64,000 nucleotides of DNA. Origin: Candidatus Planktophila sp. (GTDB taxonomy: Bacteria; Actinomycetota; Actinomycetes; Nanopelagicales; Nanopelagicaceae). Positions 60,685 through 64,000 of this stretch are shown here, one piece after another (position 1 is the first letter of the stretch; every line of letters starts with the position of its first letter). Location of the stretch: NCBI GenBank assembly GCA_044348425.1, contig JBIKSV010000001.1:2079-66078 (forward strand), given 5' to 3'. The notes under the pieces are model-generated. The model saw only the letters and a program-made list of their open reading frames with translations, had not been told where the DNA came from and did no database searches. A program made the translations under genes and the position numbers.

Positions 60685-61038
60685 CTGAAGGCGGTTCTGC
60701 TCGTTTCGGCGGGAGGAATCTTAGGATCCCTAAGTCGTTTGACTCTTGGGTTTTTCTTTCCAACAACCGCACAAGGCAATCTGGCAGCAAACATCATCGC
60801 GTCTGCTCTTGCTGCATTCTTCTTGGTATTGATGGAGCGTCGTGGAATCACTGAACTACGCTGGTTTTTGCTCCCTGGATTCTGCGGTGGCCTCGGCACA
60901 TTCTCTGCGATCACATATGAAGTAATCGAACGAGGCGAAGGAGGCGGTCCGCTCTACCTTTTTCTCAATGTGATTCTTTGCCTACTAGTTGTTGCGATAG
61001 CGATTCCTTTATCGCGTAAATGGGTACCAGTGCGATGA
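60685..61038 (+). CDS. crcB: fluoride channel Fluc/CrcB subunit 1 (start uncertain: CTG 60685 or TTG 60607)
   Basis: GGILGSLSR, GNLAANI, GFCGGLGTFS. Confidence 0.82.
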   Translation: MKAVLLVSAGGILGSLSRLTLGFFFPTTAQGNLAANIIASALAAFFLVLMERRGITELRWFLLPGFCGGLGTFSAITYEVIERGEGGGPLYLFLNVILCLLVVAIAIPLSRKWVPVR

Positions 61039-61376
61039 CTCAATATTTGATGGTCGCATTAGGTTCTGCAATCGGCGCCCCTGCTAGATACCTTGTTGAC
61101 CAATACTTCAAGAAGTTTACTGATCATCCAGTAGGAACCTTCTTAGTAAATATATTCGGTTCATTTCTAATCGGAGTTACCTTCGCACGGACCGACCGCT
61201 GGCATGATTTTCTTGCAATTGGCTTTGCAGGCTCATTTACAACCTGGTCAACATTTATGCTTGACCTCTACCTTGGCTATGAACTCAAGCATTACAAAAA
61301 GATTGCGATTAACCTTCTAGCATCTCTCATCTTTGGATTACTTGCAGCTTGGTTTGGAATTCAATTAGCTAGTTGA
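61035..61376 (+). CDS. crcB: fluoride channel Fluc/CrcB subunit 2
   Basis: GSAIGAPARY, GTFLVNIFGS, GFAGSFTTWSTF; ATGA overlap with the first copy. Confidence 0.88.
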   Translation: MTQYLMVALGSAIGAPARYLVDQYFKKFTDHPVGTFLVNIFGSFLIGVTFARTDRWHDFLAIGFAGSFTTWSTFMLDLYLGYELKHYKKIAINLLASLIFGLLAAWFGIQLAS

Positions 61377-61392
61377 TTATTTACCCGGTCGG

Positions 61393-62841
61393 CTACTTAC
61401 CGAGGATGGTTTTCATCCACTGTTCTATATCGTCAGGATGGCGTGGGATATTCTCGCTAAGGTTGAGATACCCATCAGCTGTTACAACAACGTCATCTTC
61501 AATACGGATACCGATGCCACGGTATTCAGGGGCAAATAACTCATCATCAGGCTGAATGTAGAGGCCGGGTTCGACAGTAAAGACCATTCCCTCACGTAGC
61601 TCTGCATCAAGATAATTCTCTGTACGGGCATGCGCGCAATCATGAACATCCATACCAAGATGATGACTTACTCCATGTAAAGTCCAACGGCGGTGCAGCC
61701 CCATCTCCGGGGTTAGGGATTCTTCTGCAGTGACCGTTAAGACACCGAGATCTTCTAAACCTTTCGCGAGCACTGCTTGAGCTGCAGCATTTACATCTGA
61801 GAATTTCGCACCTGGTTTGATCGCAGCAAAACCAGCTAATTGCGCCTCATAAACCAACATATAAAGGGCGCGCTGTTCGCGCGAGAATCTTCCGTTGACT
61901 GGAAGAGTGCGAGTGATATCTGCAGTGTAGAAAGAGTCAACTTCAACACCGGCATCGATAAGCACTAGATCACCACGACGAATATCACCATCGTTGCGGA
62001 TCCAGTGCAGCACGCATGCGTGTGCACCAGAGCCAACAATCGTGCTGTAACCCAAATCGTTTCCTAATGATCGAGCGCGTCCGTAGAAGGCTGACTCCAA
62101 AATGCGCTCACCACGTGGGCGTTCGGATGCAGCTGGAATAGCTGAGATGACATCACAAAATCCGAGCGCAGTTGCATCAACGGCTCTCTGCAACTCATCA
62201 ATTTCGTAGAGATCTTTTATGAGACGTTGTTCTGATGTGAAGGTAAGAAACTCTTCTTCACGTGCGTGCTTTGCAACGAGTTCATCCACCTTGGCATCTT
62301 CGCCACGAATAGTTAGTGATTTAGTGCGCCCCTTAAAGATAAGCGGTAGATCTGCGAGGTTACGAGTTTCAATTTGGTATGAGGTTTGTGCTTCCTCTAA
62401 TGTAAAACGACGTCCAACCCAGAGTTCTCCATAACGGTAATCGCGATAGAAGGCATCACTCTCACGAGTAGAACGCGGATTGATATAAAGATAAGTATGG
62501 TGCCCCTCTTCGTGAGGTTCCATAACAAGCACTGCATCTGCTGTTGCATCTGCCCCTTGTACTCCGCTGTAGTAAGCAAAAGCGCTATGAGGTCTAAACT
62601 GATAATCAGTATCGTTGGAGCGAACCTTGAAACCGCCCGCCGGAATCACTAAACGCAGACCAGGAAAGGCTTGCGATAAAGCTGCGCGACGAGTGAATGC
62701 ATATGTGACAACTTCAAGAGGCGCTAAATCAGGTAGGTCAGATTGAGCCCAGCCCGAGCGCATGAACTCTGCAAAGCGGTCAGATGGCACCTGATCATGC
62801 TTGCGATTTTCTGACTCATCTTTCGTGGTTTCTGCGCTCAT
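61393..62841 (-). CDS. pepP: Xaa-Pro aminopeptidase (M24B)
   Basis: RSNDTDYQFR, DAG, ADITRT, HHLGMDVHD, TVEPG, GIRIEDD. Confidence 0.93.
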   Translation of the reverse strand: MSAETTKDESENRKHDQVPSDRFAEFMRSGWAQSDLPDLAPLEVVTYAFTRRAALSQAFPGLRLVIPAGGFKVRSNDTDYQFRPHSAFAYYSGVQGADATADAVLVMEPHEEGHHTYLYINPRSTRESDAFYRDYRYGELWVGRRFTLEEAQTSYQIETRNLADLPLIFKGRTKSLTIRGEDAKVDELVAKHAREEEFLTFTSEQRLIKDLYEIDELQRAVDATALGFCDVISAIPAASERPRGERILESAFYGRARSLGNDLGYSTIVGSGAHACVLHWIRNDGDIRRGDLVLIDAGVEVDSFYTADITRTLPVNGRFSREQRALYMLVYEAQLAGFAAIKPGAKFSDVNAAAQAVLAKGLEDLGVLTVTAEESLTPEMGLHRRWTLHGVSHHLGMDVHDCAHARTENYLDAELREGMVFTVEPGLYIQPDDELFAPEYRGIGIRIEDDVVVTADGYLNLSENIPRHPDDIEQWMKTILGK

Positions 62842-62998
62842 AAGGCTAGATTACGCGGTTTAGCAGAAGAAGGAAGAATTAGGTGGCCACCCCCTGTTGG
62901 GCGATACTTGAGGGTCACAGCGCAGACCAAAAAATGATTCTTAATCCAAATAGAATGTGTTCAGGGAAAACGTCACATACAGCCTCAGGGAGTCATGA

Positions 62999-64000
62999 GT
63001 GAAGGCAGCAAAGAAGTCTCTGGTCATTTCACTCTTCGTAGCATTTTATTTGCACCCGGTTGCGCCGGCCACAGCGAATAGTCCAGCTGTAACTTTCTCA
63101 CAAACATTCACTGCAAATAATGCTGCCAGCGCTTCAGTTAAATCAGCCTGGACAACTTTCCGGTCAGCTCTAACAGGAACATACACACAATTCACATTTT
63201 CCAGTACATTTAATAATACTTCGATTACAGTCAGTGATCCCACCAAAGTTCAGACACTAGCTAATGCCATGCTCAACTCGACATTTGCGTCAGCGGTAAT
63301 TGGTTCAAATACCTGGTCTTATTCCCCGAGCAGTAGTTGGGACGAATTTGGCAACGCTGGATATGGAAACTGTACTTCAACTTCAACTACCTTTGTAGTT
63401 AGGCCGCAAATTCAAAATCAAAACTGGGGAGGCGTTGGCGGATTAACATGTTCCGCTCAAACGCAAACTATTACTTTGACCTTTGGACAGTCCACTCCTC
63501 AACTATCTACACCAGCGGCACCAATTCTCACAAACTCTGGAGGCACTGGAGTATTAGTCTCAGAAACAAGTACAGTCGCTAACGCATCAAGCTACATAAT
63601 CAATCTGTATGCAAGCAATGGCACGACGTTTTTGGAATCCCGAACAGTTGCCAGCTCTGCGATCACATCAACTACTTTGTTTAGCGGATTGACGCCATTG
63701 ACGACATATCGGGTAGGAGTAGTTGCTAAGGGTGATGGAATCAACTACACAGACTCAGCACAAAGCGCTCTTTCTTCAATAACGCTCTCGGCCGGGGCAA
63801 CCACTGTCTCGGTAACGCTCTCACCAGTATCTAATCGCGTAGTTTTCCGAAAAAGTTCAACACTAGTAGCAACTGTATCTGGAACAAATGGCCGTGTTAC
63901 TTTCTTCGAGAACAAAAAGAGAATCGTTAAATGCATCAGTCTGCCTACAACAAGTTTCTCTGCTAGTTGCACTTACAAACCGAGTTCTCGTGGATCAATA
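62999..64000 (+). CDS. secreted Ser/Thr-rich surface protein with FN3-like and Ig-like domains, runs off the right window edge
   Basis: Manual translation from GTG 62999 (GGGAG SD): MKAAKKSLVISLFVAFYLHPVAPATA|NSPA..., open to the window end; FSGLTPLTTYRVGVVAKGDG (FN3-like), GRVTFFENKKRIVKC (Ig-like). Missing from the ORF track. Confidence 0.8.
   Translation, partial: MKAAKKSLVISLFVAFYLHPVAPATANSPAVTFSQTFTANNAASASVKSAWTTFRSALTGTYTQFTFSSTFNNTSITVSDPTKVQTLANAMLNSTFASAVIGSNTWSYSPSSSWDEFGNAGYGNCTSTSTTFVVRPQIQNQNWGGVGGLTCSAQTQTITLTFGQSTPQLSTPAAPILTNSGGTGVLVSETSTVANASSYIINLYASNGTTFLESRTVASSAITSTTLFSGLTPLTTYRVGVVAKGDGINYTDSAQSALSSITLSAGATTVSVTLSPVSNRVVFRKSSTLVATVSGTNGRVTFFENKKRIVKCISLPTTSFSASCTYKPSSRGSI

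Noticed and set aside
60600-60690. Fluoride riboswitch upstream of the crcB pair
   Set aside because: There is no intergenic space and no GGCGATGG...CGCC-type motif; the genes appear coupled to the upstream operon.
62905-62990. c-di-GMP-I riboswitch-like start (ggtcacagcgcagacc) before the surface protein
   Set aside because: Lacks the GCAAACC / GNRA hairpin / GACGCAAAG core and second stem; TAGAAT at 62951 suggests an ordinary promoter.

Overview
A densely packed, moderate-GC actinobacterial chromosome segment near the origin. Gene content, very short intergenic spacers and apparent leaderless promoters suggest a streamlined freshwater lineage such as acI / Ca. Nanopelagicales (inference). 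The core backbone is cwlM-trxAB-murJ-cca-ponA-rpsF-ssb-rpsR-rplI-dnaB, then gyrBA-tRNA-Ile/Ala, ppiA-rhomboid, crgA-trpG-pknB-pstP, pheA-serS-tRNA-Ser, a type-F succinate dehydrogenase, two crcB genes and pepP. Two accessory blocks (28.6-31.9 kb and 35.2-49.7 kb) appear to form one L-rhamnose/rhamnoside regulon, linked by a repeated LacI-type operator (approximately TTGAAnCGnTTCAA) sitting just downstream of matching sigma70-type promoters. The regulon comprises an oligosaccharide ABC importer, rhaI-rhaEW-rhaB, a LacI regulator and two cytoplasmic GH78 rhamnosidases. Its most unusual part is an operator-controlled ferredoxin / ferredoxin reductase / cytochrome P450 / PAL-like NHL beta-propeller cassette, a candidate undescribed oxygenase-plus-lyase system for modified rhamnosides. 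Other non-coding signals include a DnaA-box array with a 12-bp tandem repeat before dnaB, RecA-NDp (PafBC-type) promoters at ssb and dnaB, an S6:S18 leader, a duplicated tRNA-Ala 3' end, and a terminator overlapping a start codon. No CRISPR array, IS element, integrase or prophage was seen. All calls are by eye; no database searches were run.
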